A stretch of DNA of 64,000 nucleotides from an uncultured bacterium (GTDB lineage: Bacteria; Babelota; Babeliae; Babelales; Vermiphilaceae): the NCBI GenBank assembly GCA_963702025.1, contig OY969699.1:1376001-1440000 (forward strand), in the 5' to 3' direction. Shown one piece after another: positions 47,180-56,420 of the stretch. A program made the position numbers and the translations under genes. Under the pieces are notes generated by a model that was not told the DNA's origin, did no database searches, and was given only the letters and a program-made list of their open reading frames with translations. Numbering within the stretch: position 1 is the stretch's first letter; each line of letters opens with the position of its first letter.

Positions 47180-48066
47180 TATTTTTCCAATTCTTGTTTA
47201 ACTGTTTCAATAAAAGATGCTTCCCATCCTGTTGTGTTTGATGCTGAAAATATTGCTAGCAAACTAAGAATTCGTTTTCGAGATTCTTGTAATTGAATCA
47301 AGGTATACGTGTCCTGCTGCGATAGAATATTGGCAGGCTTTTGTAATTGAGCGATCTCTTTTTCTTTGCTTTGCAATGCCTCCTGTTTTGCCACAGCATC
47401 GGACGTGAGAGCCTGTACTTGCAGCGTTAAAAGAGCCGCATCATTTATTTTTTCTAGTAACTGAGTTTTCAAACGAGCTGCTGAATCCTGAAGCTCTTTA
47501 TGTTCTTGCGCCGAAATCACCTGTTGCCCAGATAGCTGCGTTTGTAAATGCGCAATCAACTCATCTCTTTGTGTAAAAGCTGCCTCCAATTCTTTAGCCA
47601 TTTTTTTATAGCCAAGTGCTTGCTGTCTCGCTTCTTCACCATAAAATGCTTGATCAATAGTACTGAAACTGGCCGCAGCCATGTCTGATACATAATCATG
47701 ATTTGCCAATTCCCATAGCTTTTTCAATCCTGCGAGTTTCTCAATTTTAGTTGTTATTGCTTGAGACTGGCCTTGATTTGCAGAAATTCCATTAAATGCC
47801 ATCTCCAATTCTTTTGCGATTGCTTGGGCACGATTACGCATTTCCCTGTTACCCGTATTTAAGAATTCTATCGTTGCAGGATCATGGTCAGTATTATCCC
47901 AATTTTGTTCTGGAATCAAATTATGTAATTTTTTTATTCCCGCCTGGAATTCTGCTTTGTGTTTAGCTATTTCTTGCAAACCCGAACGTTCCATGCAAAA
48001 AAGCAAGACGTTAAAGCTAAAACCGGCTAGTAAAATAAATATTTTTTTTACCATGTTGATTCTCAT
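47179..48066 (-). CDS. Secreted coiled-coil protein with a shared C-terminal motif (signal peptide + ME)
   Basis: ...VLLFC|ME; ends QESRKRILSLLAIFSASNTTGWEASFIETVKQELEK. Confidence 0.8.
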   Translation of the reverse strand: MRINMVKKIFILLAGFSFNVLLFCMERSGLQEIAKHKAEFQAGIKKLHNLIPEQNWDNTDHDPATIEFLNTGNREMRNRAQAIAKELEMAFNGISANQGQSQAITTKIEKLAGLKKLWELANHDYVSDMAAASFSTIDQAFYGEEARQQALGYKKMAKELEAAFTQRDELIAHLQTQLSGQQVISAQEHKELQDSAARLKTQLLEKINDAALLTLQVQALTSDAVAKQEALQSKEKEIAQLQKPANILSQQDTYTLIQLQESRKRILSLLAIFSASNTTGWEASFIETVKQELEK

Positions 48067-49346
48067 TAATTCTTATGCAATTCTTCTGTGATTGTCGCAA
48101 TAAATGTTGCTTCCCATCCGGTTGTTTTTGATGCTGAAAACATCGCCAACAAACTGCGCATGCGTTCACGGGACTCTTGCATTTGCGCTAAAGCTTGTGC
48201 CCTCTGTTGGGCGAGAGCATCAAATTGAGCCGCTTGGATCTCTACGGTTTCAAGTTGCTTTTGAAGTTTTGCGTTCTCATCTTCTTTTCTTTTCAAATTG
48301 CCGCGTACGATTTGTTTAACGTGTCTCTGACTTGCAAGTTGCTGTTCGAGTGACTCAACTTGTTTTTTGTTTTCACTAAGCGTAGTGTCTAAAGTTGCTT
48401 GGATCTTTTTAAGGTGCAACTGTTTTTCTGCAATCTCTGCTAAAAGATTTTTCTCACTTTCCTCATAATGCTGAATTCGCTGGCTGAGACCGCGTTTTTC
48501 TAAAATACCCTCTTGATGCAAATTATTTAATCGTATAACTTCATTATGTTTTGCAATTGCTTCAGCACGAAGATCTGCAAGTTGCCCACGTGTTTGGGTA
48601 AGTTCGGTTACTTTTGCTGTGAGAGTCTGCTGAAGCACTTCCGGTTGGCTCAGGCGAATGACTTCTTGATTTAAGCAATCAATTTCAGCTTGTTTAGTCG
48701 GGATTGCTCGCTTCATCACAGAAAGCAAACCCCAATCATCGCCTTCTTGCATTTGCGATTGCAATAATTCTGTTTCTTTTTTCCAGTCAAAAAAAAATTC
48801 AAAAATGACATCAATTGATTCTTCCTCTCCTTTTAACGTGGCAATTTTTTCTTTGAGGTGATTAATTTCTTTCATCTTGGGCGCTAAAACTTGCTTAACC
48901 TGCTCTTCATGCGAATAAAATTTACCACGTTCTGCTTGCCCTAGTGCTTGATAATACTCATCCCAAAACCGGTATGAAGGGCAAACCTGCTGAGCCAGCT
49001 GTGTCATGAGCTTAAGCTTTCTTATTTTTTCTTCTTTTGTTTTGGGACGGTCTTCATCTTTCATATACATGGATAAATGTATATAAGAAGCTACTACATC
49101 CTCATCTTTTAATTGAGTAACGTGTTGACCGGCAGCTCTTTTTTCATTATTTTCTTTGTCATAACAATTTATTTTCCAAGATTTATATTGTTCGGCAAGT
49201 ATTTGAACATCTTGTTGCGCCTGGTGTGCCACATGCTGTACTCGCGCTTGTCTTAACTTTTCAAGATCGGGCTTGGCTACCATTCCTTCAACAGAGCAAT
49301 TAATAACGCTTGTTAAGAGCAGTAATACAATAATAATTTTCTTCAT
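48066..49346 (-). CDS. Secreted long coiled-coil protein with a shared C-terminal motif
   Basis: ...CSVEG|MV; ends QESRERMRSLLAMFSASKTTGWEATFIATITEELHKN. Confidence 0.8.
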   Translation of the reverse strand: MKKIIIVLLLLTSVINCSVEGMVAKPDLEKLRQARVQHVAHQAQQDVQILAEQYKSWKINCYDKENNEKRAAGQHVTQLKDEDVVASYIHLSMYMKDEDRPKTKEEKIRKLKLMTQLAQQVCPSYRFWDEYYQALGQAERGKFYSHEEQVKQVLAPKMKEINHLKEKIATLKGEEESIDVIFEFFFDWKKETELLQSQMQEGDDWGLLSVMKRAIPTKQAEIDCLNQEVIRLSQPEVLQQTLTAKVTELTQTRGQLADLRAEAIAKHNEVIRLNNLHQEGILEKRGLSQRIQHYEESEKNLLAEIAEKQLHLKKIQATLDTTLSENKKQVESLEQQLASQRHVKQIVRGNLKRKEDENAKLQKQLETVEIQAAQFDALAQQRAQALAQMQESRERMRSLLAMFSASKTTGWEATFIATITEELHKN

Positions 49347-49458
49347 TCATTTCCTCGTAAAAATTTAATTTTTTAATTTATTAATTTCTAATATTATTTA
49401 CTCATCGGCAGACTTGCACTTGCAATTGGAGCCGGTGCTGCTTGCGCTTTATGAAGAG

Positions 49459-49485
49459 AATGGGCCCGATAGTTTCGGGCCCATT
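49459..49485 (-). terminator. Hairpin downstream of the ankyrin gene
   Basis: AATGGGCCCGA-TAGTT-TCGGGCCCATT, perfect 11-bp stem. Confidence 0.65.
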
Positions 49486-49496
49486 GTGATAGTTTT

Positions 49497-50273
49497 TTAT
49501 GGTTTGATGCTACTCGGCTCAACCGGCAGACTGGCGGTTGTTAATGATAGCGCCACGGGCTCACCGGTAGCAAGCTGTGCCTTCTTTTTTACTGCCTCAC
49601 TCAGCACATCAAATAGTGCTGCCCCATTGGTATTGGTTGCCACATAATGCAATGCTGAATTACCTGATTTATCAAGCTCCTCGATACGAGCGCCTTTGAG
49701 CACCATTTCTTCCAGGCCCTCAGCACTATCTGCTTGGCACGCACGATGAAGCGCAAATTCTTGAGATGCATTTTTAATGTCAAACAGCTTTTTACATGAT
49801 TTTTGAAGAGTAATGAGCACTGTCGGATCACTATAATCTTTATAGGCAAGCGCATGATAGACAGCACCGGTATTGCCAAAATCAGGAGTTACCGCCACCG
49901 AAGCTCCGGCAAGAACAAGAGTTTCCACAACGTCCACGTGCCCTTTTTTACAAGCAATATGAAGCGCCGTTGCATTTTCATTATCAGTTTGATCAACTAA
50001 TGCGCCGTTTTTGAGCAATATTTCTGCAATTGTGTTCTTATTATACTCAGCGCTCAACATAAGCGGCGTTCTTTGCAGCGGCAATGCGCGTGCATCAATG
50101 CGCGCACCCAGCTCAAGAAGCTTTTTTGCCACTTCGGTATTACCCACCGATACGGCAGTATGCAACGGGGTCCAGCCCGCTGCATTGCGAACGTCTATCA
50201 GTTTTTCCATAGCCTGTAAGTTTGAAATGGTGGCGCTCACCAAGAAAAGAGAAATGTGTAATGACTTTGCCAT
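49497..50273 (-). CDS. Secreted ankyrin-repeat protein (signal peptide + ME)
   Basis: GWTPLHTAV, RTPLMLSA, ATALHIAC, FALHRAC, GNSALHYVA. Confidence 0.93.
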   Translation of the reverse strand: MAKSLHISLFLVSATISNLQAMEKLIDVRNAAGWTPLHTAVSVGNTEVAKKLLELGARIDARALPLQRTPLMLSAEYNKNTIAEILLKNGALVDQTDNENATALHIACKKGHVDVVETLVLAGASVAVTPDFGNTGAVYHALAYKDYSDPTVLITLQKSCKKLFDIKNASQEFALHRACQADSAEGLEEMVLKGARIEELDKSGNSALHYVATNTNGAALFDVLSEAVKKKAQLATGEPVALSLTTASLPVEPSSIKP

Positions 50274-50444
50274 TGCCTACTCCTGCATAGTTAAAAAAAG
50301 TCGTACGGTTGTTAAACTGCGCACACTCTACCAATTTAAAAAGAAAAAGCCAAGCGATTTTTTGCTTGCATATTTTTAATCAATGATTACCATTATGAGC
50401 AGTGAATATATGTACCATTAAAATTCAATACCGTAAGGATCGCT

Positions 50445-50645
50445 ATGAAAAAACTGATTTTTGCACTGGTTTGTTTTTCTGCTGCTGAAGCAGTAGCAAT
50501 GGAAACTCATCGGGAACGCCAAGAAAGAGAGATGTATCGACCAACTGCACCGGCTCCCATTCACGGACAACCTATAACTCACAGACAGCGCCAAGAAGCT
50601 AACCTCGCCAATCCATCTGCTCCTCAACCGGGCCAAAAACGATAA
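50445..50645 (+). CDS. Small secreted peptide (signal peptide + ME)
   Basis: MKKLIFALVCFSAAEAVA|METHR...; AAGGA RBS. Confidence 0.7.
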   Translation: MKKLIFALVCFSAAEAVAMETHRERQEREMYRPTAPAPIHGQPITHRQRQEANLANPSAPQPGQKR

Positions 50646-50671
50646 TATTTAAGAGTGGGTAGAAAATTCAA

Positions 50672-50713
50672 AAAACCCGTTCGTGGTGAGCTTGTCGAAC
50701 CATAGCGGGTTTT
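50672..50713. repeat. Single REP-like copy forming a hairpin between convergent genes
   Basis: AAAACCCGTTCGTGGTGAGCTTGTCGAACCATAGCGGGTTTT; same flanks as the 43630 element. Confidence 0.7.
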
Positions 50714-50721
50714 CTTTTGCT

Positions 50722-51288
50722 CTATTTTCCAAGCAATTTACTAAATTCTTTTTCAATCTTTTCACGATGATCCATCTCTGAATCAAAATCATCTTCATTA
50801 TTGGCAACTATCGTTATCTTAAGTGGCGCGCCTACGCGCTTTCCTTGATGCGCCTGGATCCCCGCATTAGCAAACTGATTATTCAACAAAACCTCATGAA
50901 AAACCATGCCGCATTCTTGATCAACGTTGCCGTTCCAAGGAATATATTTGAGCAAAGTATGAAAAGCGGCTGAATAGTTAGTTTTAATGAGCGGGCCATT
51001 AAAGCTGTCTTCTTGCCGATTAATATCATGCGCTAAATCTGCAAAGGATGCCGCAGTAAAATTTTTATCTTGTGCCGCTTGCACAAAAAGATGAAAAAAT
51101 AATCGTTTTTTTGTCCGAATTGTAATGACGTCCGCGTGCTCTGCGGTAAAGCATTGAACCACAGCAGGAGATGTTGCAAGAGATTTGTTGTACCTATTGT
51201 TGAGATTTTCTTTCTCTTGCGGGCACTCCATCGCATATCCGTTTATTGTTATAAGCGCTAACAGTGAATTTGCAATTATTATTTTCAT
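50722..51288 (-). CDS. Secreted protein, 'QLxVQA/HRLL' family member 3
   Basis: ...NGYA|ME; LFFHLFVQAA, HTLLKYIPWNG, DFDSEMDHREKIEKEF. Confidence 0.75.
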   Translation of the reverse strand: MKIIIANSLLALITINGYAMECPQEKENLNNRYNKSLATSPAVVQCFTAEHADVITIRTKKRLFFHLFVQAAQDKNFTAASFADLAHDINRQEDSFNGPLIKTNYSAAFHTLLKYIPWNGNVDQECGMVFHEVLLNNQFANAGIQAHQGKRVGAPLKITIVANNEDDFDSEMDHREKIEKEFSKLLGK

Positions 51289-51293
51289 GATTA

Positions 51294-52019
51294 TTAATGC
51301 GCCAGCTCAAAAAAGAGATGATCCCGCGTTGCTTTTTCGTCAAGATTGGCGACCTGCACAGCAGGTTTAAGTTTTGTATAATCCAGGCCATGCACAATTA
51401 CTTTAGTTCCTTGTTTATTAAAATCGATAGTAGAAATATTGCCGAAAAAGTGCGGTATCGTGAATGTTTGCGGTATTTCAAATTTGTCCGGTTGTAGGCC
51501 CGGCTTGCGCAGTTTTTGCACCGCAAGCACCGTTTTCCAATCAAGGCGTTCAATGCCCCCTTGGGGGAATACCATTTCATGTTTCAGTGTTGCTAAAAGT
51601 ACCCCATCATAAGAAAGAGCAATGTGGCGCACATCCGTCAAAGATTCGAAATGTGTAATATCCTCAAGGCCCTGATTGATTTGGGCAATTTTTTCAGACA
51701 ATGCATAGCGTTGTTTCAGATCATACACGGCAAGAATTGCAGAAACGGAAGTAAAGCCTTTTTTTCCATCAAAAGTGTTATGTTTCCTCTCTAAAGTAAG
51801 CATCGTAGAAGAATCCCGCCAATATGTATCGATCATATCTATAGCAAGACAAGGAGAATCTGAGCTGTCTGATTCATGTTGCAAGAATTTTTCTCTTGTC
51901 CGCTCGACACATTCGGCATCCGTTTCTGAATCAATGGTATCTAATGGGCTTGGCGATTGTTGCATAGTGTAGGTACAGTTTGCGAATAATAGCGTAATTG
52001 CAATGATGATGTTTTTCAT
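51294..52019 (-). CDS. Secreted protein with WD40-like blades (signal peptide + MQ)
   Basis: HIALSYDGVLLA and IDFNKQGTKVIVHG; paralogous to the 53504 gene. Confidence 0.7.
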   Translation of the reverse strand: MKNIIIAITLLFANCTYTMQQSPSPLDTIDSETDAECVERTREKFLQHESDSSDSPCLAIDMIDTYWRDSSTMLTLERKHNTFDGKKGFTSVSAILAVYDLKQRYALSEKIAQINQGLEDITHFESLTDVRHIALSYDGVLLATLKHEMVFPQGGIERLDWKTVLAVQKLRKPGLQPDKFEIPQTFTIPHFFGNISTIDFNKQGTKVIVHGLDYTKLKPAVQVANLDEKATRDHLFFELAH

Positions 52020-52047
52020 GGAATATCCTTCTTTAATGATGATTTTT

Positions 52048-52860
52048 TTATTTCTTTATCAACTCATAAAACTCTTTAAGAATCATATTATGATGTTCGG
52101 CATCAGCTTCAAAAAAATAATCCGCTAATAGTCGTTGCCCTGAATATTGATAATATTCATATTCACCCTTAATTTCTTGGCCCCACTTCCATTCTTGTGG
52201 TGGCAATTTTTCTCGAGCAACTTTAATTTTTAGATTTTCTATTGTATCCTCATCAGTTTCATATGGTCGTAGAACAAACCGCACTTTTTTTCCATTAATT
52301 AATGACTTGGTATGTCCGGTTGGAACACATGCAAGTAAGCGATGGCATAAATCTTTTTTGGTAATGCCAACCTTATTGGTATGCACCTTAACATTATCAT
52401 ATATGCCTAATCCTTCACCATCACGTATTGCAATCTTGTTGTATGTTATAATTTCATTAGCACCTATCTTTACAAAATTATCTTTTTTTATTTTGGCCAA
52501 AAGCTCTTGAAAAGCGGCTAAGCGAGCGCCAACCGCTTTTGATGCCTGCACACATAATTGCATGAAAAGTGATGATCTCACCAATGAATATTGGCCCACA
52601 TCATCATAGAATGCCGTTTTTTCTAAATCACAAAAATAATGATCAAAAACCTCTGCTTTTTCTAACAGAGGATTCTCAGAGCCTTGTTGGGGAGTTTCAT
52701 TTTTTTCTGTGGTAATAAAAAGATCACCTGAATTGATAATAACCTTAAAATCACCCATTTGAACCAAATGAGCATATGGTTGTTCGGGTGCTGGTTTTTC
52801 TTCCATTCCGAGCGCTACCGCATTCATCATTAATAAAACCGACAACATGATTTTATTCAT
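52048..52860 (-). CDS. Secreted protein, 'QLxVQA/HRLL' family member 4
   Basis: ...AVALG|ME; LFMQLCVQASK, HRLLACVPTG, YFFEADAEHHNMILKEF. Confidence 0.8.
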   Translation of the reverse strand: MNKIMLSVLLMMNAVALGMEEKPAPEQPYAHLVQMGDFKVIINSGDLFITTEKNETPQQGSENPLLEKAEVFDHYFCDLEKTAFYDDVGQYSLVRSSLFMQLCVQASKAVGARLAAFQELLAKIKKDNFVKIGANEIITYNKIAIRDGEGLGIYDNVKVHTNKVGITKKDLCHRLLACVPTGHTKSLINGKKVRFVLRPYETDEDTIENLKIKVAREKLPPQEWKWGQEIKGEYEYYQYSGQRLLADYFFEADAEHHNMILKEFYELIKK

Positions 52861-53492
52861 TTTGAGTTCCTTTCAAGTTTACGGCAAAGTTTTTCAAATT
52901 CATCACAGATTTTTTCGTGTTCTTGATCCTCATAAAAATTATGTCCGGAAAACATTTCTATAATTTTCACCGGTTTTATACATTTTGATTGCCATTTTAA
53001 AAAAGCCAACCCTATTTTTGTTTCATTAATGAGTGTATTGTAACAGTTGATCGTATTATCACCAATGCCATCCCACGGGATGCGAGACAATAGTTTATAA
53101 AATTCGTTCGGCTCTTCAATGCCGATCCAATCATTATTGTGATTTAAAGATTTTTCTAAATCACTTTGTAAGCCAAGCAACAAAGATGGATCATATTCCC
53201 ATTGAGTAGGGAAAGTTTCTCTCTCTCTTATTTTGCACGCTTGCACCACTAAATGTATAAATAATGGTCTTTGAGTTGTAACAATATTCGTATCACCAAA
53301 TATTTTTTTTAAATGGGGAGCGTCGGCCAAAACTTTGTTATAGGCACGTAGATGAGAAGGCATATTGGAAATATTGCGTGCAGCCGCGTTATAATGTGCT
53401 ACAAAATTAACTTTTGGTTTAGGCGCTATCATTGCTTGAATGGGAATGCACAATGCCGCTAAATTCAGCGCTACAATAATCTTTTTCTTCAT
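52857..53492 (-). CDS. Secreted protein, 'QLxVQA/HRLL' family member 5
   Basis: ...IPIQA|MI; LFIHLVVQACK, YKLLSRIPWDG, NFYEDQEHEKICDEF. Confidence 0.75.
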   Translation of the reverse strand: MKKKIIVALNLAALCIPIQAMIAPKPKVNFVAHYNAAARNISNMPSHLRAYNKVLADAPHLKKIFGDTNIVTTQRPLFIHLVVQACKIRERETFPTQWEYDPSLLLGLQSDLEKSLNHNNDWIGIEEPNEFYKLLSRIPWDGIGDNTINCYNTLINETKIGLAFLKWQSKCIKPVKIIEMFSGHNFYEDQEHEKICDEFEKLCRKLERNSK

Positions 53493-53503
53493 TGATTAAC
53501 CCT

Positions 53504-54298
53504 TTATTTTTGCAAACTATTTGCAAGCTTTTTGCAAACGCCGCGTTGTTTAAAATAATCATCCAAAGTTTGTTTGCTTTTTTTAGCTTGAGCTTTACGC
53601 TCTTCTTTGTTCATCAGGTTCCACAGAAAATAAGTAGGTTCTTCTTTTTCAAAGCAAACGCCATGAGTAATAATTTTGGTGCCTTGCTTATTAAAATCAA
53701 GAAAAACGATATTTTTCAAAAGCATCGGAATAGGAAAATCTCTTTTAGTGTTGGTAGGAATATGAATCACCGTGATTTGCGCGCTATTTGGAGGAGCAGT
53801 AGCTCCTTGACATGCTATCGTTCTTTGGCCCAATCGCCCGAACCATTGGCCATCCGATGAAATGGCAACATCGATAGTTTGATAATAATATTTATCAGCA
53901 TCAATTACTGTGGCCACAGTATCAAGAGAGATGCGCTCTGAATCTTCTTTGGGCACCGTATCCCAAGCAATCACTCTTGATACCGTGGAATCACTTTGAT
54001 CAAGATAAACCTTCTTCAAATTATCAGGAGAATAAGCAGAAAAACAGGTAGAAATGCGCCCTTGTGACCGCCTATATTGTTGCGCGTCTCTATGATAATC
54101 ACTGACATTATGGCTTTTAATTTCTGTGCGGCGAATAAAATCAGCTTTTGATTCTCTCTTTCTGTTCGGCAAATAACTTGCAATAATATTCTGCGCATCT
54201 TTGGGCAGCATGGCTAAATAACAAATGCCCTGCTCACGTTGCATTGCTTGCAAAAAGCTGCAAAAAAGTAACGGCGCTACAATACTACGTAATTTCAT
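53504..54298 (-). CDS. Secreted protein with an F-box-like motif and WD40-like blades (signal peptide + MQ)
   Basis: CYLAMLPKDAQNIIASYL; AYSPD, VAISSDGQW, LDFNKQGTKIITHG. Confidence 0.7.
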   Translation of the reverse strand: MKLRSIVAPLLFCSFLQAMQREQGICYLAMLPKDAQNIIASYLPNRKRESKADFIRRTEIKSHNVSDYHRDAQQYRRSQGRISTCFSAYSPDNLKKVYLDQSDSTVSRVIAWDTVPKEDSERISLDTVATVIDADKYYYQTIDVAISSDGQWFGRLGQRTIACQGATAPPNSAQITVIHIPTNTKRDFPIPMLLKNIVFLDFNKQGTKIITHGVCFEKEEPTYFLWNLMNKEERKAQAKKSKQTLDDYFKQRGVCKKLANSLQK

Positions 54299-54856
54299 TT
54301 AGGGACACCACATATCATTATTCCTTTGCTTCTCTTGATTGTAATTTCTCCTCTTGTTAAGAAATCTAATCAAAAGAGGATCGGCCCCACTCTGCTCAAC
54401 GTTCTCCCTCCATGATGAATCACTACAAAATCCAACAATAAGATCATCAGCGCAGGCGCTAATAATTGAGCTATTAAGCACTATGAGCGTATACTCAGCT
54501 TCGCTTTTTATAAATCCATTTAAAAACTTTTCAACCAGGTATTGGTTCGTGGCTTTGAAATGCAATGATACCGGCGTGATATGAAATAGACTATTTTCAT
54601 AAGAAATGTTGCAAGCTTCTTTGAGCAGTGGCATGGCTGCCCATTTGTTTATTTTGCGATAGCTTTCCCCGTAACGTTCACAAAGCTTATCATCGATTGC
54701 TTTTGCCAAAAGCTTTCGCTGCTTGGGCAATTTTTTCTCAATGTGATCGGCGATTGTTTTGACACACAACGATGCAAGCGATGGAATCCCGCTGCGGCTG
54801 GCCAGAAAATGAGTAAGGGAAAATGTAAAAAGTATGAGCGCTAAAAGTTTTTTCAT
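54299..54856 (-). CDS. Secreted protein with a BC-box/SOCS-like motif
   Basis: Signal peptide followed by IPSLASLCVKTIADHI. Confidence 0.65.
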   Translation of the reverse strand: MKKLLALILFTFSLTHFLASRSGIPSLASLCVKTIADHIEKKLPKQRKLLAKAIDDKLCERYGESYRKINKWAAMPLLKEACNISYENSLFHITPVSLHFKATNQYLVEKFLNGFIKSEAEYTLIVLNSSIISACADDLIVGFCSDSSWRENVEQSGADPLLIRFLNKRRNYNQEKQRNNDMWCP

Positions 54857-55100
54857 ATGCTGCTATTCAAGAAAATGTCCCAAAAATCTCTATAAAGGAT
54901 GCCAATTTCTAAAAATAATGCCACAGTAACCTGCAAAAAAGCAATCGCTCTCGACTTAAAAATATGACTCATATGATTCATTTTTGGCTATTTATGACTC
55001 ATGCGAGTTATATGAGTTGTATTTTCAAATGACTTGCTATTTTGCCATGCATTTTTTATACTCAAATAAAACTTTTGCATCGCAAAATTAATAGGAAACT

Positions 55101-56420
55101 ATGAAAAGATATATAATCCGGGCTAATGAAGACGTTATTTTTGAGTCTTTTGAGAGGCCCTTCATAAGCGCCCTTTTGGGGCCTCGCAGGGTAGGAAAGA
55201 CTACATTGCTTGAATATTATATTGGCCAACACCCCCAAAGAAAATGGGTGAAATTCAATATGGATATTCTGAGCCAACGAGATCGGGTTTCTCAAGAAGA
55301 ACTGGCCCTCATGATCGAACAAACAGCATTACAAAAAATTGGTGGACCTCAAAAACTCTGGGTTTTTATCGATGAGGCGCAAAAATGTCCGGAACTTTTT
55401 GATCAAATTAAAGTGATATACGATACCTATAAAGGCACCAATCATATTAAATTTCTACTCACCGGATCAGCGCACCTTAATCTTCATCAATTGACCGCCG
55501 AATCACTGGCCGGGCGAGTAGAATTACTCAATTTACGTGAATTTAACTTGAAAGAAATGGCATTATTGGAAAATCATAACCTGAGCGTTCCACATGATAA
55601 TGCATTTGATGCCATTTTTCATAATAAGATAAGCACCTTGCATAAAAATTTCTCCGACTTATCTCCGTTTCAACTCGTTTTGCAATCTGCCCTAGAAGAT
55701 CTTTTAGTATGGGGAGGACTTCCTGAAACGATGCAAGAGCCTTCGGAAAAATTCCGTTTAAAATATCTGGGCGACTATCTGCAAACCTATTTGGAAAAAG
55801 ATATTCGCGCAATCGATACCATAGGGGATCTAACTCTTTATCAAAACTTAATGAAAATTGCTGCTGAACAAACAGGCTCTATCCGCGATGATAAAAAAAT
55901 TATTGAGGCACTCCATTGCTCCCGCATCACCCTTACCAAATACCGTGATTATTTGCTGGCAACTTTGCAATATGAAGAGATCTATCCGTATTTGCGCAGC
56001 TCGGTTAAACGGCTGGTAAAATCTCCTAAAGGATACCTTATAAACAATGGGCTTGTGAGCTACCTTACCGGCATTCATGAATTTTCTATACTTAAAACAA
56101 CCAATATGCTCGGCTATCGCTTTGAAAATTGGTTTTTAAATGAAATTAATACCTGGCTCGACGCTCAAACCGCTCATCATCAGGTTTTTTACTGGCGCAC
56201 CGGAGCAGGAGCTGAGGTGGATTTTGTTATCACATTGGGGAATAAAGTAATTCCGTTTGAAGTTACGTATGCATCTTCTATCGAAACTAAAAAATTAAAT
56301 AATTTAAAGAACTTTATGAAGAGCACTTCGCAGGTACCCCTTGGGGTGTTTTGCTACAATGGAAAACTGGAATTTGACAGTGAAAATAATATCCTCTTTT
56401 TACCGGCATGGATGATATGA
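55101..56420 (+). CDS. AAA+ ATPase (AAA_14) with DUF4143 / PD-(D/E)xK-like C-terminus
   Basis: Walker A GPRRVGKTT, Walker B FIDEAQK, LTGS, WGGLPE, YWRTGAGAEVDFVI...PFEVT. Confidence 0.92.
   Translation: MKRYIIRANEDVIFESFERPFISALLGPRRVGKTTLLEYYIGQHPQRKWVKFNMDILSQRDRVSQEELALMIEQTALQKIGGPQKLWVFIDEAQKCPELFDQIKVIYDTYKGTNHIKFLLTGSAHLNLHQLTAESLAGRVELLNLREFNLKEMALLENHNLSVPHDNAFDAIFHNKISTLHKNFSDLSPFQLVLQSALEDLLVWGGLPETMQEPSEKFRLKYLGDYLQTYLEKDIRAIDTIGDLTLYQNLMKIAAEQTGSIRDDKKIIEALHCSRITLTKYRDYLLATLQYEEIYPYLRSSVKRLVKSPKGYLINNGLVSYLTGIHEFSILKTTNMLGYRFENWFLNEINTWLDAQTAHHQVFYWRTGAGAEVDFVITLGNKVIPFEVTYASSIETKKLNNLKNFMKSTSQVPLGVFCYNGKLEFDSENNILFLPAWMI

Noticed and set aside
44831..53492. Paralog array considered as diversity-generating retroelement targets or integron cassettes
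   Set aside because: No reverse transcriptase, template/variable repeat pair, integrase or attC-like sites; genes abut with very short gaps
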